Source: an uncultured Spirochaetaceae bacterium (lineage in GTDB: Bacteria; Spirochaetota; Spirochaetia; DSM-27196; SLST01). Taken from it: 64,000 bases of DNA. Below are positions 9,120 to 16,341 of this stretch, one piece after another. The position numbers were made by a program, and so were the translations under genes. The stretch spans positions 748 to 64,747 of the forward strand of contig CAYWJH010000005.1 of the NCBI GenBank assembly GCA_964458555.1, read 5' to 3'. Each line of letters opens with the position of its first letter. Positions within the stretch are counted from its first letter, which is position 1. Under the pieces are notes generated by a model that was not told the DNA's origin, did not search any database, and worked only from the letters and a program-made list of their open reading frames with translations.

Positions 9120-11267
9120 ATGCGACGGATCGTTCTCATCGCGCTGACCCTGGTGTCGTTGATCGCCGTTGTGGGTAGTGCTCAGCAGGCACCCATCCGC
9201 AGATACGGTCTGTTCATCGGCGCGAACGACGGCGGGCGCGAGCGCGTCACGCTGCGCTGGGCGGTTGCCGACGCCCGACGTGTCGCCGAGGTCATGACCG
9301 AAATCGGCGGTATCCGATCGCAGGACGCGTACGTCCTCACCGATCCCACCGCGCGCGACCTCGAGCTGCAGTTCGACCACCTGCGAAGCCGCCTCGAGAC
9401 AGAGGCCCATCGGGTACGCCGCAGCGAAATCGTACTCTACTACTCCGGGCACTCGGACGAATCCGGGCTCATGCTCGGCGAGGATCATCTATCCTACGTC
9501 GACCTGCGGCGCCAGATAGACGGCGTGGGGGCCGATGTCAGCATCGCCATCCTCGATTCGTGCGCCTCCGGCGCGTTCACCCGTCTGAAGGGCGGTTCGT
9601 TCACGCAGCCGTTCCTGCTCGACGAAGGCTCGGACGTCACCGGCCACGCGTTTCTCGCGTCCAGCAGCGCAGACGAGGCGAGCCAGGAGTCCGACTCGCT
9701 CGGATCGAGCTTCTTCACGCACTACCTCGTCAGCGGCCTTCGCGGCGCGGCCGACTCGAGCGACGACCGGGTCGTCACGCTCGACGAAGTCTACCTCTAC
9801 GCGCGAGAAGAGACGCTTCAGCGCACGCTGAACACGTTCGCCGGTCCCCAGAACGCCAGCTTCGACTTCCAGCTGACCGGCACCGGCAGCCTCGTCCTCA
9901 CGGATCTCTCGGTCGTCGACGCCGCGATCGTGCTCGACCCCTCGGTCGACGGGCGGCTCTACGTCTCGCGAGAGGTCGGCGGAGTCGTCGCCGAGGTGGA
10001 GAAGCGCGAGGGCAAGAATCTCACGCTCGCGCTGCCGGCCGGCAGTTACGTGCTGACGCTCCAGGGAGACGAGCGAAACTACGAGCACAGCCTCGTTCTC
10101 ACCTCCGGTTCGCGCGTTTCCGTCGCGGGGCGCGATTTCCGCGTCACCTTCCTCGACCGCAACCGCGTTCGCGGTGACGCCGAGCGCGAGGTCGCCCCGC
10201 TCAGCCTGAGCGTCGTCCCGGGCGTCGAGCTCGTCGCCGAAGACCCCTACGAGGTCACCGTATCCCTCGGGCTCATCGCCGCCGACTCGTACCGCGTGCG
10301 CGGCGGACAGGCGTCCGGGATCCTCAGCATCACCAACGAGGACCTGATCGGCGTCCAGCTCGCGGGAGTCGGGAACACCGTCGCGGGGAACGTGACCGGC
10401 GTCCAGCACTCCGGGGTCTTCAACATCGTCAACGGGGACGCATTCGGGCTCCAGAACGCGGGCGTCTTCAACCAGATCGACGGACACGGCGGACTCATTC
10501 AGAACGCGGGCGTGTTCAACGTTTCCACCGCGGGCTTCAACGGTCTCCAATCCGCCGGGGTCTTCAACGTCACCGACGGTACGCTCAACGGGGCACAACT
10601 CTCCGGGGTCTTCAACCGCGCCCACGCGGTGAACGGCGCCCAGATAAGCCTCGTCAACGTGGGCGGCGACGTGAACGGCGGTCAGGTGGGGCTGGTCAAC
10701 ATTGGCAGGCGGGTCGTCGGTACCCAGATCGGTCTGGTCAACATCTCAGAAGAGATGTACGGCGTGCCGATCGGTCTCGTCTCGGTTGTCGAGCGCGGGA
10801 TCCACGACGTCAGCATCTGGTGGGAAGGCGAAGACCGGACGTGGGTAGGCGTCCAGAACGGAAGCAATATCTTCTACACGCTCGCCTACGCCGGGGTGAC
10901 GCGCGGGGGCTCATGGCGGAGCCTCGAAGGATTCGCCGTAGGCGCCGGCCTCGGGTTTCGCGTCCAGAGCCGCCCGTTCTACGTCGATCTCGACGCCGGA
11001 TGGAAGACGGTCAGCGCGGGAGCCGACCCCGATGAGCGCTTCGCCTCGCTGTTCGACCCGGCGCGCGGCGCGTCCTTTCCGAGTATGCGCTTGATGGCGG
11101 GATTCGCGATCGGCGACGGGCTCGGCTGGTTCATCGGGGGAAGCTTCGACGTGCTCGCGCCGGCGACGACGGACACGATCGGCTACTTCGACGAGCGCGG
11201 GAACGCGATCGGCCTGTCGGGCGCAGCGGCCCTCTACCCGACGTTCTTTACGGGGTTCAAGTTCTAG
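9120..11267 (+). CDS. Secreted caspase-like (peptidase C14) protein with GxQxxGVFN repeats and a putative C-terminal outer-membrane beta-barrel
   Basis: The ATG lies 1 nt after the anti-sigma stop, with AAAGGAGAG upstream. Signal peptide [23 protein letters not shown]. His/Cys dyad context YYSGHSDE and ILDSCASG. About 10 repeats of 14-16 aa. The protein ends ...TFFTGFKF. The ORF-track start at 8904 is an upstream extension. Confidence 0.85.
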   Translation: MRRIVLIALTLVSLIAVVGSAQQAPIRRYGLFIGANDGGRERVTLRWAVADARRVAEVMTEIGGIRSQDAYVLTDPTARDLELQFDHLRSRLETEAHRVRRSEIVLYYSGHSDESGLMLGEDHLSYVDLRRQIDGVGADVSIAILDSCASGAFTRLKGGSFTQPFLLDEGSDVTGHAFLASSSADEASQESDSLGSSFFTHYLVSGLRGAADSSDDRVVTLDEVYLYAREETLQRTLNTFAGPQNASFDFQLTGTGSLVLTDLSVVDAAIVLDPSVDGRLYVSREVGGVVAEVEKREGKNLTLALPAGSYVLTLQGDERNYEHSLVLTSGSRVSVAGRDFRVTFLDRNRVRGDAEREVAPLSLSVVPGVELVAEDPYEVTVSLGLIAADSYRVRGGQASGILSITNEDLIGVQLAGVGNTVAGNVTGVQHSGVFNIVNGDAFGLQNAGVFNQIDGHGGLIQNAGVFNVSTAGFNGLQSAGVFNVTDGTLNGAQLSGVFNRAHAVNGAQISLVNVGGDVNGGQVGLVNIGRRVVGTQIGLVNISEEMYGVPIGLVSVVERGIHDVSIWWEGEDRTWVGVQNGSNIFYTLAYAGVTRGGSWRSLEGFAVGAGLGFRVQSRPFYVDLDAGWKTVSAGADPDERFASLFDPARGASFPSMRLMAGFAIGDGLGWFIGGSFDVLAPATTDTIGYFDERGNAIGLSGAAALYPTFFTGFKF
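10350..10800 (+). repeat. Coding tandem repeat, about 10 degenerate units of 42-48 nt (G-x-Q-x-[AS]-G-V-F-N-x3-G-x3, decaying to G-x-Q-[IV]-G-L-V-N)
   Basis: Units [16 protein letters not shown] / [16 protein letters not shown] / [16 protein letters not shown] / [16 protein letters not shown] / [16 protein letters not shown] / [15 protein letters not shown] / [14 protein letters not shown] / [14 protein letters not shown] / [14 protein letters not shown] / [14 protein letters not shown]. Confidence 0.85.
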
Positions 11268-12232
11268 AGGTCCCGATACGCCCGGATCGAGTTCAACTGA
11301 CGCAGCTTGCGTATCGCCTTCTCCTGAAGCTGGCGAACGCGCTCGCGGGTAATGCCGAGCCGCTTGCCCGTCTCTTCGAGCGTGTACGGGCCCTCGCTGC
11401 CGATTCCGAATCGCAGCTTGATGATGTGCTTCTCACGCTCGCTGAGGACGCCGAGCGCGTCACGGATGTGGTCCTGCACGGTCAGCCGGAAGGCACGCTC
11501 GGCCGGGGCGACAGACGCCTCGTCCTCGATCAGGTCGGACAGCCGGGTCGAGTTGTCCTCGTCCACGGTGACGTCGAGGCTCGCCGCATCCTGCGCGAAC
11601 CGAGTCACGTCCTCCACGCGATCGGTGTCGCAGCCGAGCCGGCCGGCGATCTCCGCCACACTGGGCGCGCGACCGAGCTCGTCGGTGAGCTGCCGCGTGA
11701 TCGAGAAGCAGCGACGGATGTGGGTCAGCATGTGCACCGGGATCCGGATCACGCGGCCTTTATCCGCGAGCGCCTTCACGATCGCCTGCCGGATCCACCA
11801 TGTGCCGTACGTACTGAATCGGCATCCCTTCCTGAAGTTGAACCGATCGACCGCTTCGATCAGACCGATGTTTCCCTCGTCGATCAGATCGAGCAGGCCG
11901 AGCCCCTGGTGTTGGTAGCGTTTTGCAATCGAGACGACGAGCCGGAGATTCGCGCGCACCATCCGGTGCTTCGTCTCGCGCAGCTCGCCCTCGAGCCGTT
12001 CGAGCTGTGCAGCGTGCCGGTGCGAGCGCTCGGACTCGGACTCGAGGTCGGCGATCGAGCTCTTCAGCCGCGAAACCTCCATCGCAAGCTCCTGCTCTTC
12101 GGCGGCCGATAGAAGCGGATAGTCAGCGATCTGCTGGAGGTAGTAGGACAGCGGGTCGGCACCGTCGGCAACCGCCGTCAACCGGGCGGATTCCGACGTT
12201 TTCGGGGTCTCGACCGATGTCGCGTCAGCCAT
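11264..12232 (-). CDS. Sigma-70 family sigma factor, group-2 (RpoS/RpoD-like), 322 aa
   Basis: Motifs [56 protein letters not shown] and [18 protein letters not shown]. It lies directly downstream of an NlpD-like gene. Confidence 0.9.
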   Translation of the reverse strand: MADATSVETPKTSESARLTAVADGADPLSYYLQQIADYPLLSAAEEQELAMEVSRLKSSIADLESESERSHRHAAQLERLEGELRETKHRMVRANLRLVVSIAKRYQHQGLGLLDLIDEGNIGLIEAVDRFNFRKGCRFSTYGTWWIRQAIVKALADKGRVIRIPVHMLTHIRRCFSITRQLTDELGRAPSVAEIAGRLGCDTDRVEDVTRFAQDAASLDVTVDEDNSTRLSDLIEDEASVAPAERAFRLTVQDHIRDALGVLSEREKHIIKLRFGIGSEGPYTLEETGKRLGITRERVRQLQEKAIRKLRQLNSIRAYRDL

Positions 12233-12246
12233 ACGCTTCCTTTTTC

Positions 12247-12275
12247 GTTCTACGCCTCACCGTGGCACCTGTCAA
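12247..12275 (-). promoter_or_regulatory. Candidate sigma70 promoter for the sigma gene (TTGACA-N17-TAGAAC)
   Basis: Read on the minus strand. The -35 element overlaps the stop codon of the upstream LysM/M23 gene. The predicted 5' UTR is very short. Confidence 0.3.
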
Positions 12276-13042
12276 CCCCGAGGGGCGGTCTCCGGGTCGA
12301 CGTAACGATTGTTCTTCCACACGGTGAACAGCACCTTTGCCGAGTCGAACGCGGGCGAGAACCCCACGGTTCCGATCACCGATCCCGCAGCGACACGCGC
12401 GCCCTCGGTGACGAGGACGCGGTCGGCTCCCGCGTACCCGTAGAGGAAGCCGTTCCTGCTGCGCACGAGGATCAGTTTCCCGAAACTGCTGAACGGCCCC
12501 ACGAACTCGACCACCCCGTCGGTGACCGAGCGAAACTCATCGCCCTCGTTACCGCTCATTACGACGCCAGGGAATTTTCCGTCCCACACGAGGCGCTCTC
12601 CGGGATGGGGCCAATTGCCCGGATAGCCGGAGATGCCGGTCGACCCCGTAGAGCTCGGGTTGGACGACGCCACCGCTGCGGGAGACGGCGAGCCGGGCAC
12701 GACGAGGACATCGCCCGGCCGCACCACGTCGTCGCGACCGAGCCCGTTTGCCGCGAGCAGGTCAAGCCAGCCTACGCCGAGTTTGCGCGCGATCGAGTAG
12801 ACGTACTCGCCCTCGCGAACGACGTAGGTTCCCGGAATGCGGACGCGAGTTCCCACCGCGAGGCGCGTTGGGTCGGCGATGTCGTTGTACTCGAGAATCA
12901 CGTCGGCCTCGAGATCGTATCTGCGCGCGAGCGTGTAGATGGTCTCGCCTCGCGCGAGTACGTGCACCTGCTCGTCGGCCACTGCTGCCGAGGAGAGCAT
13001 CACGAGAAGTATGACTGCAGGACACAAGCGCTTGTTCGGCAT
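12272..13042 (-). CDS. NlpD-like secreted protein: 2x LysM plus a degenerate M23 (LytM) domain
   Basis: Start at MPNKRLCPAVILLVMLSSAAVA (13042); the ORF-track extension to 13567 has no support. LysM repeats are HVLARGETIYTLARRY... and YVVREGEYVYSIARKL... The LytM fold is present but the HxH metal ligands are not seen (…SAKVLFTVW…). Confidence 0.85.
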   Translation of the reverse strand: MPNKRLCPAVILLVMLSSAAVADEQVHVLARGETIYTLARRYDLEADVILEYNDIADPTRLAVGTRVRIPGTYVVREGEYVYSIARKLGVGWLDLLAANGLGRDDVVRPGDVLVVPGSPSPAAVASSNPSSTGSTGISGYPGNWPHPGERLVWDGKFPGVVMSGNEGDEFRSVTDGVVEFVGPFSSFGKLILVRSRNGFLYGYAGADRVLVTEGARVAAGSVIGTVGFSPAFDSAKVLFTVWKNNRYVDPETAPRG

Positions 13043-13126
13043 CTCGACGGTTACATTGTCGGAGACGGCACCCGGAAAATGAAGCCAATTGCTGTCAGCC
13101 CGCGCATCGCGTGGTAGGATGCCGGC

Positions 13127-13669
13127 GTGTACCGGCCCGTGCTTGTTCTCCTCGCCATTGGCGCGCTCTGCGGCCAGCTTGCTGCGGACCAGCCGACGCC
13201 GCTCGAACCCGTTCCCGACGAGGTCGACCTGGACCCGTACGCGGTGGTAGAACGCCACGGTCAGCCCGACTTTGCGGTGAGGAATCTGCTCGTCTACCAC
13301 CGCAGCTTCGCCGAGCTTCCGGCCGATGTCACGTTCTTCCTCGTCGACGGTCTCGTCCGCGAGGTGAGCTTCGCCTTCCCCGTCGAAGAAGGCGACGCTG
13401 CCCGGCTGAGAAGCGACGCCGATCGCGTCGTCAAGCGGCTGCGTGTGCTCTACGGAGCGCCTTCGGCAACGGTCCGTTCGGCCGGTTCGCACAGAAGCTT
13501 CTCCTGGCAAGACGATCGCGGGGAGCTGTTGCATACCCTCGTCCTCACGCCCGGCCGCGAGGAGCACTCGCTACGCGTCGCGCGCAGCGATTCGCCGTCC
13601 GCACCGCCGCAGACGAGGGGCGCCGGACAGCGTCATACTCAACCGTCATACTCAGGAGACACAAAGTGA
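13127..13669 (+). CDS. Hypothetical secreted protein or lipoprotein (180 aa)
   Basis: Signal peptide MYRPVLVLLAIGALCGQ. High GC3. Its TGA overlaps the GTG of ptrB (GTGA). Confidence 0.6.
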   Translation: MYRPVLVLLAIGALCGQLAADQPTPLEPVPDEVDLDPYAVVERHGQPDFAVRNLLVYHRSFAELPADVTFFLVDGLVREVSFAFPVEEGDAARLRSDADRVVKRLRVLYGAPSATVRSAGSHRSFSWQDDRGELLHTLVLTPGREEHSLRVARSDSPSAPPQTRGAGQRHTQPSYSGDTK

Positions 13670-15801
13670 CGCGAGAACCACGACTGACCCCCCACGATCT
13701 TCTCACGACGCCACCACCCCCACCCCGGGCGGCGCGCGTACCGCACGAACGGATCGTCCATGGCACGCCGGTGCACGACCCGTACGACTGGCTCCGCGAC
13801 CCGGACTACCCGGATGTCACCGATGAACGCGTACTCGAATACCTTCGTAGCGAGAACGATTACTTCGCCGCGCTGTTCGAGCCGCACCGCCCATTGATCG
13901 ACAGAATCCACGACGAGCTGCGCGCGAGAATCCGCGAGGACGACGAGTCGGTACCGGTTCGCGACGGCCAGTGGTATCACCAATCGCGCTTCGGTGCCGG
14001 AGACGAGTACCGCGTGCACTATCGCCGACCGATCGACCGCGCAGCGTGGGAGGTCGTCCTCGACGAACGCGAGCTCGCCGCGGGGCACGACTACTTCCGG
14101 CTCGGCGGGATGGACGTATCCGACGATTCGCTCCTCGCCTTCTCCACCGACGTCGACGGCGACGAGCGCTACACGCTCCGGTTCCGCGACCTCACCGGGG
14201 CGCGCGAGTTCCCGGAGACAATCGAAGACACCATCGGCGAGCCCATCTGGCTTCCCGGTGCGAGGACCCTGCTCTATCTCGAGCTGAACGACCAGTGGCG
14301 GCCGTTTCGCGTGCGCGCCCATTCGATCGGCACGACTCCCGCAGACGACCCGGTTCTCTACGAGGAGGCAGACGACGGCTTCTTCGTGGAGGTCGATCTG
14401 AGTCAGGATCGGCGGTACGTCGTGATCGAGACGGGGGACCACGAGACGACGGAGGTTCGCGTCGTTCCCGCCGATTCGCCCACGGCGCCCGCCCGCCTCA
14501 TCTCGCCCCGACGCCGAGGTCACGAGTATCACGTCGACCACGCCCGGAATCGCTTCTACGTGCTGACCAACGACGCGTCGATCAACTTCCGAATCGTGTC
14601 GGCTCCCGACACCGATCCGGGCGAGTCGGCCTGGGAGGAGGTTATCGCCGGACGCGACGACACGTACCTGCACGGGTTCACACCGTTCGCTCGCTGTCTC
14701 CTCGTCGAGGAGCGCAGCAACGCCGTTGACGACGTCGTCGTGTACCCCTACGAGGGTATCCCGTTTCGCGTCGCCTTTCCCGAGGACGTGCACGCGGCGC
14801 ACGAGGGCGAGAACCCCGAGTTCGACGTTACCACCGTACAGGTGCGCTACGAGTCGATGATCACTCCACCCACCGTGTTCGACCTCGACCTCCGCACGGG
14901 CGAGCTCACGCAGCGAAAGCAGCTCGAGATTCCATCCGGTTACGACCGCGAGCGATTTCGCACGCGACGACTCTTCGCTCCGGCTCGTGACGGGACGCTC
15001 GTTCCGATTACGGTCGTGCATCGAGACGATTTTCCGCTCGACGGCACCGGCTATCTCCACCTCTCGGGCTACGGCGCGTACGGCTACGGCATCACGCCGG
15101 GCTTCTCGCGCGACGAGCTCAGCCTGCTCGACCGCGGGTTCGCGTTCGCCGTTGCCCACGTCCGCGGCGGGGACGAGCTCGGCAGACAGTGGTATCTGGA
15201 GGGGAAGCTCGACAAGCGGTGGAACACCTTCGCCGACTTCATCGACGCGGCGCACCACCTCGTCGCCGAGCGGTACACGGCCGCGGGAAGGATATGTGCG
15301 AGCGGCGGGTCGGCGGGCGGCGAGCTCATGGGCGTCGTGCTCAACGAGGCGCCCACGCTCTGGGCGGCGGTAGCGGCGCACGTGCCCTTCGTCGACGTGA
15401 CGAACACGATGCTCGACGACACGCTACCGCTCACGCCCATGGAGTGGCCCGAGTGGGGAAACCCGATCGACAGCAGCGAGGCCTTCGCCTACATCCGCTC
15501 GTACAGCCCCTACGACAACGTCAGCGCGCAGCCGTATCCGCCGATCTTCGTCACCGCCGGGCTCAACGACCCGCGCGTCACGTACTGGGAGCCGGCAAAG
15601 TGGACCGCCGCGCTCCGCTACACGAGGACCGACGACAACGTCGCGCTCCTCAAGACCAACATGGGAGCGGGCCACGCCGGGAAGTCCGGCCGATTCCAGC
15701 ACCTGGAGGAAGAAGCCGAAGAGATCGCGTTCTTTCTGCTTGCGACCGGGAGGTCGGTCGAACCGGGCCGTGACGACGCAGACGAACGACCGTACCTTTG
15801 A
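13666..15801 (+). CDS. ptrB: Oligopeptidase B / S9A prolyl oligopeptidase family serine protease
   Basis: The GTG at 13666 is preceded by AGGAGA. The protein has an N-terminal beta-propeller part and a catalytic domain with GGSAGGELMG, plus the D and H regions (GLNDPRV, GAGHAG). The ORF-track start at 13111 is a spurious extension. Confidence 0.9.
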   Translation: MTREPRLTPHDLLTTPPPPPRAARVPHERIVHGTPVHDPYDWLRDPDYPDVTDERVLEYLRSENDYFAALFEPHRPLIDRIHDELRARIREDDESVPVRDGQWYHQSRFGAGDEYRVHYRRPIDRAAWEVVLDERELAAGHDYFRLGGMDVSDDSLLAFSTDVDGDERYTLRFRDLTGAREFPETIEDTIGEPIWLPGARTLLYLELNDQWRPFRVRAHSIGTTPADDPVLYEEADDGFFVEVDLSQDRRYVVIETGDHETTEVRVVPADSPTAPARLISPRRRGHEYHVDHARNRFYVLTNDASINFRIVSAPDTDPGESAWEEVIAGRDDTYLHGFTPFARCLLVEERSNAVDDVVVYPYEGIPFRVAFPEDVHAAHEGENPEFDVTTVQVRYESMITPPTVFDLDLRTGELTQRKQLEIPSGYDRERFRTRRLFAPARDGTLVPITVVHRDDFPLDGTGYLHLSGYGAYGYGITPGFSRDELSLLDRGFAFAVAHVRGGDELGRQWYLEGKLDKRWNTFADFIDAAHHLVAERYTAAGRICASGGSAGGELMGVVLNEAPTLWAAVAAHVPFVDVTNTMLDDTLPLTPMEWPEWGNPIDSSEAFAYIRSYSPYDNVSAQPYPPIFVTAGLNDPRVTYWEPAKWTAALRYTRTDDNVALLKTNMGAGHAGKSGRFQHLEEEAEEIAFFLLATGRSVEPGRDDADERPYL

Positions 15802-15979
15802 CGGATGAGGCGCCTCGACGCGCGCGGCACGGGCGTGACCTCGGGAAGCGTCTTCTCCACCCTTTGCGGGAAGCGAACTGGTACGGAAAGGTATTCCGAA
15901 GCGAGGCGGGTCGTGTCAGACGGGTGGAGGAAGAAATGGCGCCTGCAACCGGATTCGGCGCGAGTCGCACCGCTCTTGA

Positions 15980-16017
15980 AATCAGAAGGGGCGACCCCAT
16001 GGTCGCCCCTTCTGATT
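15980..16017. terminator. Perfect 17-bp hairpin (4-nt loop) abutting the tRNA-Pro 3' end; probable terminator or processing structure for the tRNA operon and for ptrB
   Basis: AATCAGAAGGGGCGACC-CCAT-GGTCGCCCCTTCTGATT. Only a short T run follows it on the minus strand. Confidence 0.6.
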
Positions 16018-16090
16018 CGGGCTGGGCAGATTCGAACTGCCGACCTCTCGGTCCCGAACCGAGCGCGCTAAGCCCCTGCGCTACAGCCCG
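16017..16090 (-). tRNA. tRNA-Pro (anticodon CGG)
   Basis: Manual cloverleaf: CGGGCTG/CAGCCCG acceptor stem, anticodon loop TTCGGGA, T-loop TTCGAAT. 74 nt; CCA is not encoded. Confidence 0.9.
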
Positions 16091-16094
16091 TGCG

Positions 16095-16118
16095 AAAAAA
16101 CGGCCCCGGAAAGGGGCC
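16095..16118 (-). terminator. Terminator-like hairpin plus T6 between tRNA-Asp and tRNA-Pro
   Basis: On the minus strand GGCCCC-TTTCC-GGGGCC is followed by GTTTTTT. The T tract ends 4 nt before the tRNA-Pro 5' end. Confidence 0.6.
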
Positions 16119-16126
16119 ACAAACTG

Positions 16127-16201
16127 CGGGAGCGACGGGGATTGAACCCGCGACCTCCGGCTTGACAGGCCGGCGCGATAAACCAACTTCGCCACGCCCC
16201 C
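16127..16201 (-). tRNA. tRNA-Asp (anticodon GTC)
   Basis: Manual cloverleaf: GGGGGCG/CGCTCCC acceptor stem, anticodon loop CTGTCAA, T-loop TTCAATC, discriminator G. 75 nt. Confidence 0.9.
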
Positions 16202-16215
16202 GTTTGTGAGCCCGA

Positions 16216-16244
16216 AATATAGCGCCTGAAACTGCGGCTGTCAA
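16216..16244 (-). promoter_or_regulatory. Sigma70 promoter of the tRNA-Asp/Pro operon (TTGACA-N17-TATATT)
   Basis: Consensus -35 element and a near-consensus -10 element, which ends 14 nt upstream of the tRNA-Asp 5' end. Confidence 0.75.
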
Positions 16245-16276
16245 GATCGCGCCGGAACTTCGCGCCGCGCGCCGCG

Positions 16277-16305
16277 TTGACAATACCGATTGCTTCGATT
16301 ACGTT
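16277..16305 (+). promoter_or_regulatory. Candidate sigma70 promoter for the PpiD-like gene (TTGACA-N17-TACGTT)
   Basis: Consensus -35 element. The -10 element keeps T1, A2 and T6. It lies 37 nt upstream of the ATG at 16342. Confidence 0.45.
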
Positions 16306-16341
16306 CTGATGAACCTCCAAACACCGTCCACAGAGTGAGTA

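Noticed and set aside
10350-10800. Periodic DNA repeats, considered as a possible CRISPR array or minisatellite.
   Set aside because: The repeats are in frame within a long high-GC3 ORF, are degenerate, and have no unique spacers. They encode a protein repeat.
12262-12280. TGGCAC on the plus strand (cgTGGCACctgtcaacc) near the first sigma gene, considered as a possible second sigma54 promoter.
   Set aside because: There is no TTGC element at the -12 position. The motif is oriented away from the sigma gene and into the 3' end of the NlpD-like gene.
15802-16341. tRNA clusters (also 52720-52870 and 58852-58923), considered as integration hot spots for genomic islands, together with ORFs 15650-16195 and 16081-16392 that overlap the tRNAs.
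   Set aside because: There is no integrase, direct repeat of a tRNA 3' end, or compositional break nearby, and the flanks are housekeeping genes. The overlapping ORFs are read straight through the tRNA genes and hairpins.
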